Source: Bacteroidales bacterium (GTDB lineage: Bacteria > Bacteroidota > Bacteroidia > Bacteroidales > UBA4417). Taken from it: DNA of 64,000 nucleotides. A program made the position numbers and the translations under genes. Each line of letters starts with the position of its first letter. The stretch's first letter is position 1. Positions 21,895 to 31,017 of this stretch are shown here, in pieces. The notes under the pieces are model-generated. The model was not told the origin of the DNA, did not search any database, and worked only from the letters and a program-made list of their open reading frames with translations. The stretch lies in contig JAURYB010000078.1 in NCBI GenBank assembly GCA_030654075.1, forward strand, positions 12,918-76,917. The letters are read 5' to 3'.

Positions 21895-22300
21895 ACTATT
21901 CGTTAAGAATTACTAATAGGTAAAACCAAACTGTTTGTCAAATTTAATGAATAAATACTTGTTTAGTGGCAGTTACACAAATACTGGTAACTATTTCCCA
22001 ATAATTCCACATATTTCCTGGATAGCAAAAAATAAAGTCAGATCAGCGTGATAAGTGTGGTTGAATGCACTGCAAATTGACTGTTTTGATCTGTCAGATT
22101 TTATTTAAAAATAGAAGTCTTTTCTGTGTTAACCGGATTGCCTTTTTATGAATAAGTGAAATTGTACTTGTATGTTTTCCAAATTCAGTATCCTTTCTTA
22201 GCATTCGATAAATTGCGCTAAGCTTTTTGGATTTTCCCATTCTTTATGCTCTTCATTCTTCATAATCAGTTCTACACCTATCAGGTATGGCTTCTTGTTC

Positions 22301-22334
22301 AAAAAAAAGAAACCGGATTAGATAACCCGGTTTC
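22301..22334 (-). terminator. Intrinsic terminator
   Basis: GAAACCGG / CCGGTTTC stem plus T8 on the minus strand. A second 10-bp hairpin AGTGCTTTGC / GCAAAGCACT lies at 22370-22394. Confidence 0.6.
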
Positions 22335-22409
22335 CATTTTAAAAATAAGCTTTTGATTTTTAAGAAAATAGTGCTTTGCATGCAGCAAAGCACTCAGACA
22401 TTAAAGATT

Positions 22410-23258
22410 TTATTTGCAGAATTTCATAACTCCGTTTGATCCGGTTGTACGAACAACATAAACTCCCCTTGGTAAATTATCTGTAGGTATGGACGACGAG
22501 GATCTGATAATCAATTTACCCGCCATATTATACAATTCAATTTTTTGACCCTTTTCGTTCAGCACCTGGGTTCCGTTGAAAGAAATGCCTTTAATGGCAG
22601 GTGTTTCTTTAACTGAAGTTGTAACTATGTAATTGACACCCTTTAACATCAGTTTGGAACCTATAACACCGACAACATACGTTTTATTGGGAACAACAGG
22701 GAATGACATAACCAGGTAAACATTGGCTCCGGTGAATTGCATCGTATCAGCGGTAGCGCCACTCCAGGTGCGACTGGTTTTATGATAAGTATCATAAACT
22801 AAAGGTAGGGTGAAGTAAGCCGGATCTATGAATATCTGATCTCCGGTTGGAAAAGCGGCAGTCACATCGGCTAAAACTGCACTATAAGGGCAAGCATCAG
22901 TAAGTTCAAGAATGAAAGTTTTCTTGGCACTACCCATTTTAACAGGAATATCCAAAATGCCGTCACTGGTTGAACGAAATGCGTAGTACATACCGTTTGT
23001 ACCACCCTGTACCATTGATTCATTGTTCCATGTTACACCATGGTAAGAGACCGATGCAGCACCAACGTCTGTTTTTCCTATCACAGTGGCAGCATCAGAA
23101 TGCATGCATGAAAGACCCGTAATACCCATTGGGATATCTGTGGATGCACTAATAGCCGTTTCAGTTCCGGTTGTTTTCCAAATACCCTGGGCATAAGCTG
23201 AGATTCCGATTGATCCCATTAAAAGGATCGAAAACATTTTCAGGTAAATTTTTTTCAT
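22410..23258 (-). CDS. Secreted hypothetical protein with T9SS-like C-terminal domain
   Basis: Signal peptide (SAYA-Q); C-terminal IELYNMAGKLI...LPRGVYVVR; no catalytic family recognised. Confidence 0.7.
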   Translation of the reverse strand: MKKIYLKMFSILLMGSIGISAYAQGIWKTTGTETAISASTDIPMGITGLSCMHSDAATVIGKTDVGAASVSYHGVTWNNESMVQGGTNGMYYAFRSTSDGILDIPVKMGSAKKTFILELTDACPYSAVLADVTAAFPTGDQIFIDPAYFTLPLVYDTYHKTSRTWSGATADTMQFTGANVYLVMSFPVVPNKTYVVGVIGSKLMLKGVNYIVTTSVKETPAIKGISFNGTQVLNEKGQKIELYNMAGKLIIRSSSSIPTDNLPRGVYVVRTTGSNGVMKFCK

Positions 23259-23768
23259 GATGATTAATTTTAATTGTGGATAAAAAAATTAGAATTATGA
23301 CTGCAAGATTACATAAAAAATGATTTTTTTAAACTCAGCAGCATTTCAACAGCTGGTGTAGTCAGCCTGTTTTTGGTGTAGAAAAGAGCTGGGAGAGACA
23401 GATTATTTTACGGATTGTAATTGACGAAACCATTGAATTTATTAGCGTTCAATGAATTTATAATAGGATAGAAAATATAAATAACTTAGTATAGTTTCAT
23501 TTTATGGGATCATTTTTCCCCCAATAAGTCCACAACTTTCACCAATTTTTCTAACAAGAAAATTTATTGAAAAAATCTACCCTGAAACCGCATGAGAATG
23601 CAGTTTGACTGTGGCATGTTTTACCTATTCCGAACAGAGAATCCCCAAAAATATATTTGGATATCTCCCAAAATCAAGAGTGCTTTTTTTGAAAAAATTA
23701 GTGCAATCTGAATTTTTTGTTCTTATTGGATTTAGTCTAAAACTTAAATAGTCGTAAATCTTGAATCT

Positions 23769-24287
23769 TTACTCAATCCTGGAACTTCGGCGGGTTAAAA
23801 TAATCCACACCAGGATACTTAATACTATGGTTAAAATCATTTGGGCGAAAAGGAATGTAATTCCAGCTTCATCTTTAACAAATGCCATGGAAAAAACTAC
23901 AAGGTACATGGCATAGCAGAATACTTTACTTATGACAATAGAACTAAAAGCGCTCAGGAATGATTTCCTTGTTTTCTGATAAAAGTAAAGAAACAGCCAG
24001 GTGTTAAATACCAATTCAGCCATAATAATCATCATTTTCACAGGTGAAGGATGGCCTGATACAAGGAATGAGAATAAAGGCAACACAATAGCCAGTGCAT
24101 ATGCGTTCCACCGCGACGAATAAAGTAATGCCAGAATAAGCATAACACGCATAGGTTCTATATAATAAACCGGGAATTTGAACAAATGCGAAGCTGCCGG
24201 AACAAGGCCTACAAAAACCAATGCTGCAATATCGGTTATAACTGTGCTGTAACGGAATGTCCCTGAGGGATTTATTGTTGTATCCAT
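23769..24287 (-). CDS. Integral membrane protein, ECF S-component-like
   Basis: 172 aa with 5-6 hydrophobic helices; SH..P...EPM and PLFSFLVSGHP...AEL patterns resemble S components. Confidence 0.5.
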   Translation of the reverse strand: MDTTINPSGTFRYSTVITDIAALVFVGLVPAASHLFKFPVYYIEPMRVMLILALLYSSRWNAYALAIVLPLFSFLVSGHPSPVKMMIIMAELVFNTWLFLYFYQKTRKSFLSAFSSIVISKVFCYAMYLVVFSMAFVKDEAGITFLFAQMILTIVLSILVWIILTRRSSRIE

Positions 24288-24420
24288 GGAAATGTTACTT
24301 ATTTAGAAGTGTTAAAAGCAAATCTTTATTTGATTTTATAACAGGTGACAGTGGCTGGAAATTTCACCCGGGTGTATTTATTAAGCAGCAAATTTAAGGA
24401 GTTTTTTGGCATAAAAAAAT

Positions 24421-24486
24421 AAATTCCGTTAACGTTAACGGAATTTCAAAAAATGTGTATATCTTTGCCGTGTGCGTTAACGGGAA
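24421..24486. promoter_or_regulatory. Palindromic operator pair bracketing a -7 promoter element
   Basis: Perfect 26-bp palindrome AAATTCCGTTAACGTTAACGGAATTT (24421-24446); TATCTTTG (24460-24467); second site CCGTGTGCGTTAACGG (24468-24483). Confidence 0.8.
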
Positions 24487-24514
24487 TTATAACGTTCTAC
24501 TAAACTTGCAGCCA

Positions 24515-25591
24515 TTGAAAAAGGAAGCAGCAGCAAAAATCGGAATAAAAGACATTGCTAAACAAGCAAATGTTTCCATCGGCACAGTCGACCGTGTATT
24601 GCATAACCGCAGTGAAGTCTCTAATACTACCCGCGAGCAGGTTCTTAAAATAATTAACGAATTAGGCTATACCCCAAACCTTCTGGCTAAGTCGTTGGCT
24701 TCAAAAATTAAATACACTATTGCTGTTCTTATTCCTGATCCTACCAATAATACATATTGGGAAAAACCCTTAGAAGGAATTAAAGCTGCAGCCCGGGAAA
24801 TTAAAAAATTCAATTTCGAAATTCAGATTGCAACTTTCGATTACAGTAACGAAAACTCCTTCATCGAAAAAGCCAATGAAATTTTAGAATCAAATCCCAA
24901 TGGTTTCATTTTTGCCCCGGTTTTTTTTGAGTCATCGTTAAAAGTGATCGAAAAATGTGATCAAATGGAACTTCCTTATGTTTTCTTCGATGTGTTTATC
25001 GAAAACTGTAAAAACCTGGCTTATTTTGGTCAAAATTCGGTACAAAGCGGTTACCTGGCTGCCAGTTTAATGAGTTATAGTATTGATAAAGGGACCAATC
25101 ATATTTATATTGTAAAGCCGCATAATCCATCGGCTCCTGTCTATCATCTGAGTTTGCGTGAAAACGGATTTATCTCTTATTTTTCACAGGGAACTACAAA
25201 TCAAGCAACTATCCACACAATGGATGTTGATGTTTCTTCACCTTCAATCCTTGTTGAATCGTTGGATGCGATTTTTTCAAGCGACCAAAAACCCAGAGGA
25301 ATATTTGTAGCAAATTCAAGGGTTCATCTGGTAGCCCAATATTTCGAAAAAAATAAAATCGGGAATGTTGTTCTGATCGGGTACGATTTGTTGCACGAGA
25401 ATATTGAATACCTTGAAAAAGGAATAATACAGTTTCTTATCTGTCAAAAACCGGAAGAACAGGGATACAAAAGCGTGTTTTCACTTTATAACCACCTGTT
25501 TCTCAAAAAACCGGTTGATAAGGTAAATTACAGCCCGATTGATATCATCATGAAAGAGAACATTGAATACTACAAGAATTTCAAAATTTAG
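24515..25591 (+). CDS. LacI-family transcriptional regulator (hexuronate-type)
   Basis: IKDIAKQANVSIGTVDRVLHNR HTH, YTPNLLAKSL hinge, IGYD. Start placed at TTG 24515, downstream of the promoter. Confidence 0.93.
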   Translation: MKKEAAAKIGIKDIAKQANVSIGTVDRVLHNRSEVSNTTREQVLKIINELGYTPNLLAKSLASKIKYTIAVLIPDPTNNTYWEKPLEGIKAAAREIKKFNFEIQIATFDYSNENSFIEKANEILESNPNGFIFAPVFFESSLKVIEKCDQMELPYVFFDVFIENCKNLAYFGQNSVQSGYLAASLMSYSIDKGTNHIYIVKPHNPSAPVYHLSLRENGFISYFSQGTTNQATIHTMDVDVSSPSILVESLDAIFSSDQKPRGIFVANSRVHLVAQYFEKNKIGNVVLIGYDLLHENIEYLEKGIIQFLICQKPEEQGYKSVFSLYNHLFLKKPVDKVNYSPIDIIMKENIEYYKNFKI

Positions 25592-25626
25592 CGAGCGCAC
25601 TGTTTTTAACTCTAATAAATAATACT

Positions 25627-26469
25627 ATGATTTTCGATTTTTCAGACCTGAAAGGAAAAGTAGCTGTAATTACCGGTGGTGCCGGAGTTATAGGTTATTC
25701 GATTTGTGAAGCCATGGCTTCAGCTGGCATTAGAACAGCCATTATTGATATTAATAAAGAGGCTGCGGATAATACGGCTAAAATGCTCTCCGAAAAGTTT
25801 AACGTTGATTGCATCGGGGTCGAAGCCAATGTACTCGACAAGCAATCGCTGATCAACGCCAAGAAAGTAATTAACGAAAAGCTTGGGACTATTGACATTC
25901 TTATTAACGGCGCTGGCGGTAATTCGCCCAAAGCAACCACCCAGGTTGAACAGCTTACCGATATTAATGATCTCGAAAAATCATTCTTTGGCCTCGAAAT
26001 GGATGGTTTTGATAAAGTTTTTGCCCTGAATTTCAACGGTACTTTGCTTCCAAGTATGGTGTTCGCTACCGATATGTTGCAGAAAGAAAAAGGTGTAATC
26101 CTGAATATTTCTTCGATGAATTCTTTCAAGCCCTTGACAAAAATCCCTGCATATTCGGCAGCCAAAGCATCGGTTAATAACTTTACACAATGGCTGGCAG
26201 TTCACCTCGCTAAAACCGGGATTCGCGTTAACGCTGTAGCTCCGGGGTTTTTCCTCACCAACCAGAATCGTTTTTTGCTTACCGATGAAAAAACCGGTGA
26301 TATGACGCCTCGGGGATTAAAAATTATTTCAAATACTCCTGTCGGGAAATATGGAAAACCTGAGGATCTGCAAGGTGCTACACTTTTCCTGCTCTCCGAC
26401 CTTTCGGGATTTATCACTGGCATAATACTTCCTGTCGATGGTGGTTACAGTGCTTTCGGAGGGGTGTAG
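25627..26469 (+). CDS. uxuB: SDR, D-mannonate oxidoreductase (fructuronate reductase)-like
   Basis: TGGAGVIG, NGAGGNSPKATT, PLTKIPAYSAAK, APGFFLTNQNR, VDGGYSAFGGV, typical of the UxuB SDR subfamily. Confidence 0.8.
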   Translation: MIFDFSDLKGKVAVITGGAGVIGYSICEAMASAGIRTAIIDINKEAADNTAKMLSEKFNVDCIGVEANVLDKQSLINAKKVINEKLGTIDILINGAGGNSPKATTQVEQLTDINDLEKSFFGLEMDGFDKVFALNFNGTLLPSMVFATDMLQKEKGVILNISSMNSFKPLTKIPAYSAAKASVNNFTQWLAVHLAKTGIRVNAVAPGFFLTNQNRFLLTDEKTGDMTPRGLKIISNTPVGKYGKPEDLQGATLFLLSDLSGFITGIILPVDGGYSAFGGV

Positions 26470-26521
26470 AAATTTAAGATAACACTTATTTGCTTTATTG
26501 AAAGGAATTGGGTTTTAGTAG

Positions 26522-26684
26522 GCCAGAAGTCGGAAGTCAGAAGACGGAAGAAATTGCTGATTTGAGATTTTCCCCTGCGAATTGAAAATAAGTTGAAGAA
26601 ATGTTATTGGCTAAAGAAGATTCACTCACAATGATAAATGAAGTATTCAGGGTAACTTCTGACTTCCGACTTCCGTCTTCCGGC
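26522..26684. repeat. Inverted heptamer arrays
   Basis: Left CCAGAAG TCGGAAG TCAGAAG ACGGAAG; right CTTCTGA CTTCCGA CTTCCGT CTTCCGG. Confidence 0.85.
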
Positions 26685-26752
26685 ATTTTAAACTGTTACA
26701 CTAAATTAACAATAGATCCATCATAATTACACCAAATCAACATCACAACATC

Positions 26753-27832
26753 ATGGGTATTCAACTTAAAAAAGACTTTTCCTGGTCGCTACTGGTTCCT
26801 ACCAGTATGGGAGTTCGTATAACACCGATAAACGGGCAGCCTGTTCACAGCAGCGACACCTTTAAAATGCAGGCCACCAGCGCCGAAACCAACGTTGCCA
26901 GTATTTCATCCTATCTTGGGCTTCCTGTAAAAGTATTGACTACTTTCGTGAAGGATAGTCCGATTGCACAGCTAATTAAGAGCAATCTAGCCAGCCGTCG
27001 TATGGCTTACGAAGGAAAAGACGTTCCACAAGGTGATCCATGGGGCTACCGCCACCAGTTTAATATTGCCGATAGCGGCTTTGGTTCACGAGGTCCGCGG
27101 GTGCAGAATGACCGGGCCGGTGAGGTTGGACGAACTTTGAATGTTAATGATTTTGACCTGGATCGCATCTTTGTGAAAGAAGGTGTTCAGATTATGCATC
27201 TTTCAGGACTTATTGCAGCCTTATCGCCCGAAACCAGCACTTTTTGTCTTGAGCTGGCCCGTGCTGCAAAGAAAACCGGTACACGAATCTCTTTTGATCT
27301 GAATTACCGTGCTTCATTCTGGAAAGGCCGCGATAAAGAATTACATGATATCTTTACCGAAATAGCTTCAGTATCTGATATCCTGGTTGGCAACGAAGAA
27401 GATTTTCAACTCTGCCTGGGCATTGAAGGACCTGAAGCCGGAGGAAAAGATATTGATTCCAAAATTGAGAGCTTTAAAATAATGATCCAGCGGGTGAAAC
27501 TAGCTTTCCCGAATGCTTCGGTGTTTGCTACAACTCTGCGACAGGTGATCAATACCAACAAACACCTTTGGGGTTCTATCATGCTTGAAGGAGACAACTG
27601 GAATGTGATTGAACCACGCGAAATTAACGTGCTCGATCGGATTGGTGGAGGAGATGGGTTTGTGGGTGGATTACTTTACGGAATTCTGAAAGGATGGGAA
27701 CCCGAAAAATGCATGCAATTTGGATGGGCAAGCGGCGCTTTGGCAACTACCTTTTTGACTGATTATGCACAGCCTGCTGACGAAGAAATGGTTTGGAGCG
27801 TATGGCAGGGAAATGCCAGGGTCAAAAGATAA
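26753..27832 (+). CDS. PfkB-family sugar-acid kinase (divergent KdgK-like)
   Basis: SAETNVA (canonical GGEANVA), SFDLNYRASFW, GNEED, DRIGGGDGFVGG. Confidence 0.85.
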   Translation: MGIQLKKDFSWSLLVPTSMGVRITPINGQPVHSSDTFKMQATSAETNVASISSYLGLPVKVLTTFVKDSPIAQLIKSNLASRRMAYEGKDVPQGDPWGYRHQFNIADSGFGSRGPRVQNDRAGEVGRTLNVNDFDLDRIFVKEGVQIMHLSGLIAALSPETSTFCLELARAAKKTGTRISFDLNYRASFWKGRDKELHDIFTEIASVSDILVGNEEDFQLCLGIEGPEAGGKDIDSKIESFKIMIQRVKLAFPNASVFATTLRQVINTNKHLWGSIMLEGDNWNVIEPREINVLDRIGGGDGFVGGLLYGILKGWEPEKCMQFGWASGALATTFLTDYAQPADEEMVWSVWQGNARVKR

Positions 27833-28131
27833 GGCACAAGGGCCAAATTCCAAGATTCAAATTCCAAGTTATAACATGGACAAGACAGAATTAAAAAGTA
27901 ATGAAAAACACATAACAATAAATAAATAATGAAAAAGTAAGGGGGAACAATCAATACTTTTACGTTTTGTGTTATGTGTTTAATGTTTTTAATTTCTTAC
28001 TTAAATAAGATGTAAAAACCATTAAGTTAAAAAATGGCTATCAAAAAAATTAATTTAAAAGTCTTTGAATTTGTACTTGTCGTTGGCCACCACTTGGATC
28101 TTGGTTCTTGGAATTTGGGACTTGGGTCTTA
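27830..28131. repeat. Inverted heptamer arrays with a nested inner inverted repeat
   Basis: Left TAAG GCACAAG GGCCAAA TTCCAAG ATTCAAA TTCCAAG; right CTTGGAT CTTGGTT CTTGGAA TTTGGGA CTTGGGT CTTA; inner AAACACATAACA / TGTTATGTGTTT. Confidence 0.8.
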
Positions 28132-28170
28132 ACAATGAGTACTTATCATAACATCATTTAGAATACCACC

Positions 28171-29460
28171 ATGATCTATTACAACCACGGTTCAGTTGAT
28201 ACTGAATTGAGTCTTGCGGAACTCAGAAAAGGACTTTATGAAGCTTTGGACAAGTTAGGCCCGAAGCAGAAAGTCCTGATAGTGCCTCCTGATTTCACGC
28301 GATTCCATTCACAGGCAGGCATACTGACCGAAATGGCGTGGGAATATTATGGCGAAGCTGTTACGGATATTCTCCCAGCGCTTGGCACACATGTTGCCAT
28401 GTCGGAAACCGAACTGAATACTATGTTTGGTAAAGTTCCGCATTCACTTTTCCGGATTCATAACTGGAGAACTGATATTGTTACCCTTGGCATTGTACCG
28501 GCTGAATTTGTCAGCCAGGTTTCGGAGAACCAGGTAGATTTTTCATGGCCGGCACAGGTAAACAAACTGTTAGTTGAAGGAAACTTTGATCTTATTCTTT
28601 CAATCGGTCAGGTGGTTCCGCACGAAGTAATCGGAATGGCTAATTACAATAAAAATATATTTGTTGGAACAGGTGGCAAAGAAGGTATAAACAAAAGCCA
28701 TTTCCTCGGAGCAGCTTATGGAATGGAACGAATTATGGGACGTGCGGATAACCCGGTCAGGAAGGTACTCAATTATGCTTCGGAGCATTTTGCTGTTCAT
28801 CTTCCGATTGTTTACACGCACACCGTAATAGCGCGTGCTGCCGGTGGTGACATGGCTATAAAAGGGCTGTTTGTCGGCAACGACAGTGAATGCTTTAATA
28901 AAGCTGCTGAATTATCACTAAAAGTAAACTTCGAACTGCTGGACGAACCGCTAACAAAAGTTGTAGTCTTCCTCGATCCATCAGAGTTTAAAAGTACCTG
29001 GTTAGGAAATAAAAGCATTTACCGTACACGCATGGCACTGGCTAATGACGGGGAACTGATAGTTCTTGCTCCCGGGCTGAAGGAATTTGGCGAGGACAAG
29101 GAAATTGACCGACTGATCCGTAAATACGGCTATCTCACCACTCCCGAAATTCTTGAACTAGTTAAAAATAATCCCGAACTTCGCGAAAACCTGAGTGCCG
29201 CCGCTCATCTTATTCATGGCTCACACGAAAACAGGTTCAAAGTAACGTATTGTCCCGGAAAACTTACCCGCGAAGAAATTGAAAGTGTAAATTTCAGCTA
29301 TGGCAATCTGGATGAAATGATGAAAAAATATGATCCGACTAAACTGAAAGATGGATTTAATGTGGTAGATGGAGAGGAAATATTCTTTATTTCCAATCCG
29401 GCGCTTGGCTTGTGGGCATGGAAAAACCGTTTTTCAGTGTCTGCACACCCAACTCGTTAA
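28171..29460 (+). CDS. Lactate racemase (LarA/DUF2088) superfamily protein, candidate mannonate/gluconate 2-epimerase
   Basis: PPDFTR, ALGTH, HNW, VVPHEVIGMANYNK motifs; lies between uxuB/kinase and gnd. Confidence 0.75.
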   Translation: MIYYNHGSVDTELSLAELRKGLYEALDKLGPKQKVLIVPPDFTRFHSQAGILTEMAWEYYGEAVTDILPALGTHVAMSETELNTMFGKVPHSLFRIHNWRTDIVTLGIVPAEFVSQVSENQVDFSWPAQVNKLLVEGNFDLILSIGQVVPHEVIGMANYNKNIFVGTGGKEGINKSHFLGAAYGMERIMGRADNPVRKVLNYASEHFAVHLPIVYTHTVIARAAGGDMAIKGLFVGNDSECFNKAAELSLKVNFELLDEPLTKVVVFLDPSEFKSTWLGNKSIYRTRMALANDGELIVLAPGLKEFGEDKEIDRLIRKYGYLTTPEILELVKNNPELRENLSAAAHLIHGSHENRFKVTYCPGKLTREEIESVNFSYGNLDEMMKKYDPTKLKDGFNVVDGEEIFFISNPALGLWAWKNRFSVSAHPTR

Positions 29461-29539
29461 AGTGTCTGTACACCTGAAAGGTGTCTGACACTAATTCAAC
29501 TCATTCGAGTGTCAGACACCCGTTGGGTGTGCAGACACT
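29436..29539. repeat. REP/BIME-like cluster of imperfect palindromes
   Basis: AGTGTCTGCACACCCAAC (29436-53), AGTGTCTGTACACCTGAAAGGTGTCTGACACT (29461-92), AGTGTCAGACACCCGTTGGGTGTGCAGACACT (29508-39). Confidence 0.85.
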
Positions 29540-29565
29540 AAATAAACCGAATAATTGCACATAAA

Positions 29566-30699
29566 TTGAACAGACCAAGAATTGTAGCCGACGATAAAAT
29601 CCCTTTCCTTAAAGGGGTGCTGGAGCCTTATGCAGATATTATTTATTTGCCGGGTAACCTGATAAACCGGGAATCCGTTTTGGATGCCGATGCTTTATTG
29701 ATACGTACGAGAACGAAGTGTAATGCAACATTACTTGAAGGTACGGCTGTTAAATTTATCGCTACTGCCACAATCGGTTACGATCATATTGATACTGAAT
29801 ATTGCAAATCAAAAAATATCACCTGGTTAAATGTTCCCGGCTGCAATTCGGCTTCGGTGCAGCAGTATATTACTGCGGCACTCGTAACTCTTGCATTTAA
29901 CAACGATTATGCTCTCAGCGATAAAACACTTGGAATTATCGGGGTAGGAAATGTCGGCTCTAAAGTTCAGAAAGCCGCAGTAATCCTGGGAATGAAAGTA
30001 AAACTTAACGATCCTCCCAGAGCACGTAAAGAAGGAAAAAGCTGTTTTGTTTCACTGGATGAAATCCTTGAAACATCCGACATCATTACAATTCACGTTC
30101 CTTTGAATAAGACAGGCCCGGATAAAACACTTCATCTTTTCGATACTGAATTATTAAGAAAAATGAAGAATGGTTCCTGGCTGATTAACTCTTCACGCGG
30201 TGAAGTGGTTGAAACTAATGCATTAAAAAGCGCGTTATCTTCAGGTAAACTGAGCGGTGCTATACTTGATGTTTGGGAGAATGAACCGGCTATAGACCTT
30301 GAACTCTTAAGCCAGGCTTATATTTCCACACCACATATTGCAGGATATTCAATTGATGGAAAGGCAAAAGGAACATCGCAGGTTGTACAGGCACTCAGTG
30401 CGTTTTTTGGCCTGCCTTTGCTTGATTTCTATCCACCGGTGCTTCCTGAGCCATTGCTTTCCGAAATTGTAATCGAAGGAGCCGGGAAATCATCGTTTGA
30501 AATTGTTCATGGAGCCGTGCTGCATACGTATCCCATCATGAAGGATCATATCCTTTTACAACGCTCACCCTCTACATTTGAGCAACAAAGAGGACAATAT
30601 CCTGTGCGTCGCGAATTTCCATCATACACCGTCAGACTTAGCAACGGAAAGCCAAAAGCGGTTGAAATGCTTCTTAAGCTTGGATTTAAAGTCAAATAA
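29566..30699 (+). CDS. pdxB: 4-phosphoerythronate dehydrogenase
   Basis: IVADDKIPF, IRTRT, ATATIGYDHID, PGCNS, GVGNVG, LDVWENEP, TPHIAGYS, FEQQRGQYPVRRE tail; TTG start. Confidence 0.9.
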   Translation: MNRPRIVADDKIPFLKGVLEPYADIIYLPGNLINRESVLDADALLIRTRTKCNATLLEGTAVKFIATATIGYDHIDTEYCKSKNITWLNVPGCNSASVQQYITAALVTLAFNNDYALSDKTLGIIGVGNVGSKVQKAAVILGMKVKLNDPPRARKEGKSCFVSLDEILETSDIITIHVPLNKTGPDKTLHLFDTELLRKMKNGSWLINSSRGEVVETNALKSALSSGKLSGAILDVWENEPAIDLELLSQAYISTPHIAGYSIDGKAKGTSQVVQALSAFFGLPLLDFYPPVLPEPLLSEIVIEGAGKSSFEIVHGAVLHTYPIMKDHILLQRSPSTFEQQRGQYPVRREFPSYTVRLSNGKPKAVEMLLKLGFKVK

Positions 30700-30734
30700 A
30701 AATACTACCTAAAAAATGAGGATAGAAACCAATT

Positions 30735-30945
30735 AGTACCTCAAGTTATAAGTGCCTAAAGTGCCTAAAGTTAATTACTGAACTGAGATTTAATGAAATA
30801 TTCTTTGGGCCAGTAAAAATTAAATGTGCCTGGATTTACTGTTTCTCAATAGTTATCGTAGTTCGTAGAAAAAGGTCTTTCCATCATAGAAAATTCATTT
30901 ACGTAAGTAGCGATAATTTTAGGCACTTTAGGCACTTTAAGTACT
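30735..30945. repeat. Inverted nonamer arrays
   Basis: Left (AAGTGCCTA)2 AAGTTA; right TAATTT (TAGGCACTT)2 TAAGTACT. Confidence 0.85.
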
Positions 30946-31017
30946 CTCAATAAATTTGATCATTATTAAGTTGAATAGATACAGGAAATTTAATACTCAA
31001 TTAATACAAACAAAAAC

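Noticed and set aside
22140-22290. Possible gene remnant between the PL9-like gene and the T9SS protein gene
   Set aside because: Only short frames of 21-36 codons with no recognisable similarity, so a pseudogene call is unsupported.
28171-29460. Calling the LarA homolog a lactate racemase (larA)
   Set aside because: Variant motifs and the hexuronate context argue against lactate as substrate, so the symbol was withheld.
29436-29539. Possible mini CRISPR array
   Set aside because: Units are inverted relative to each other, spacers are only 7-15 bp, and no cas genes are present.
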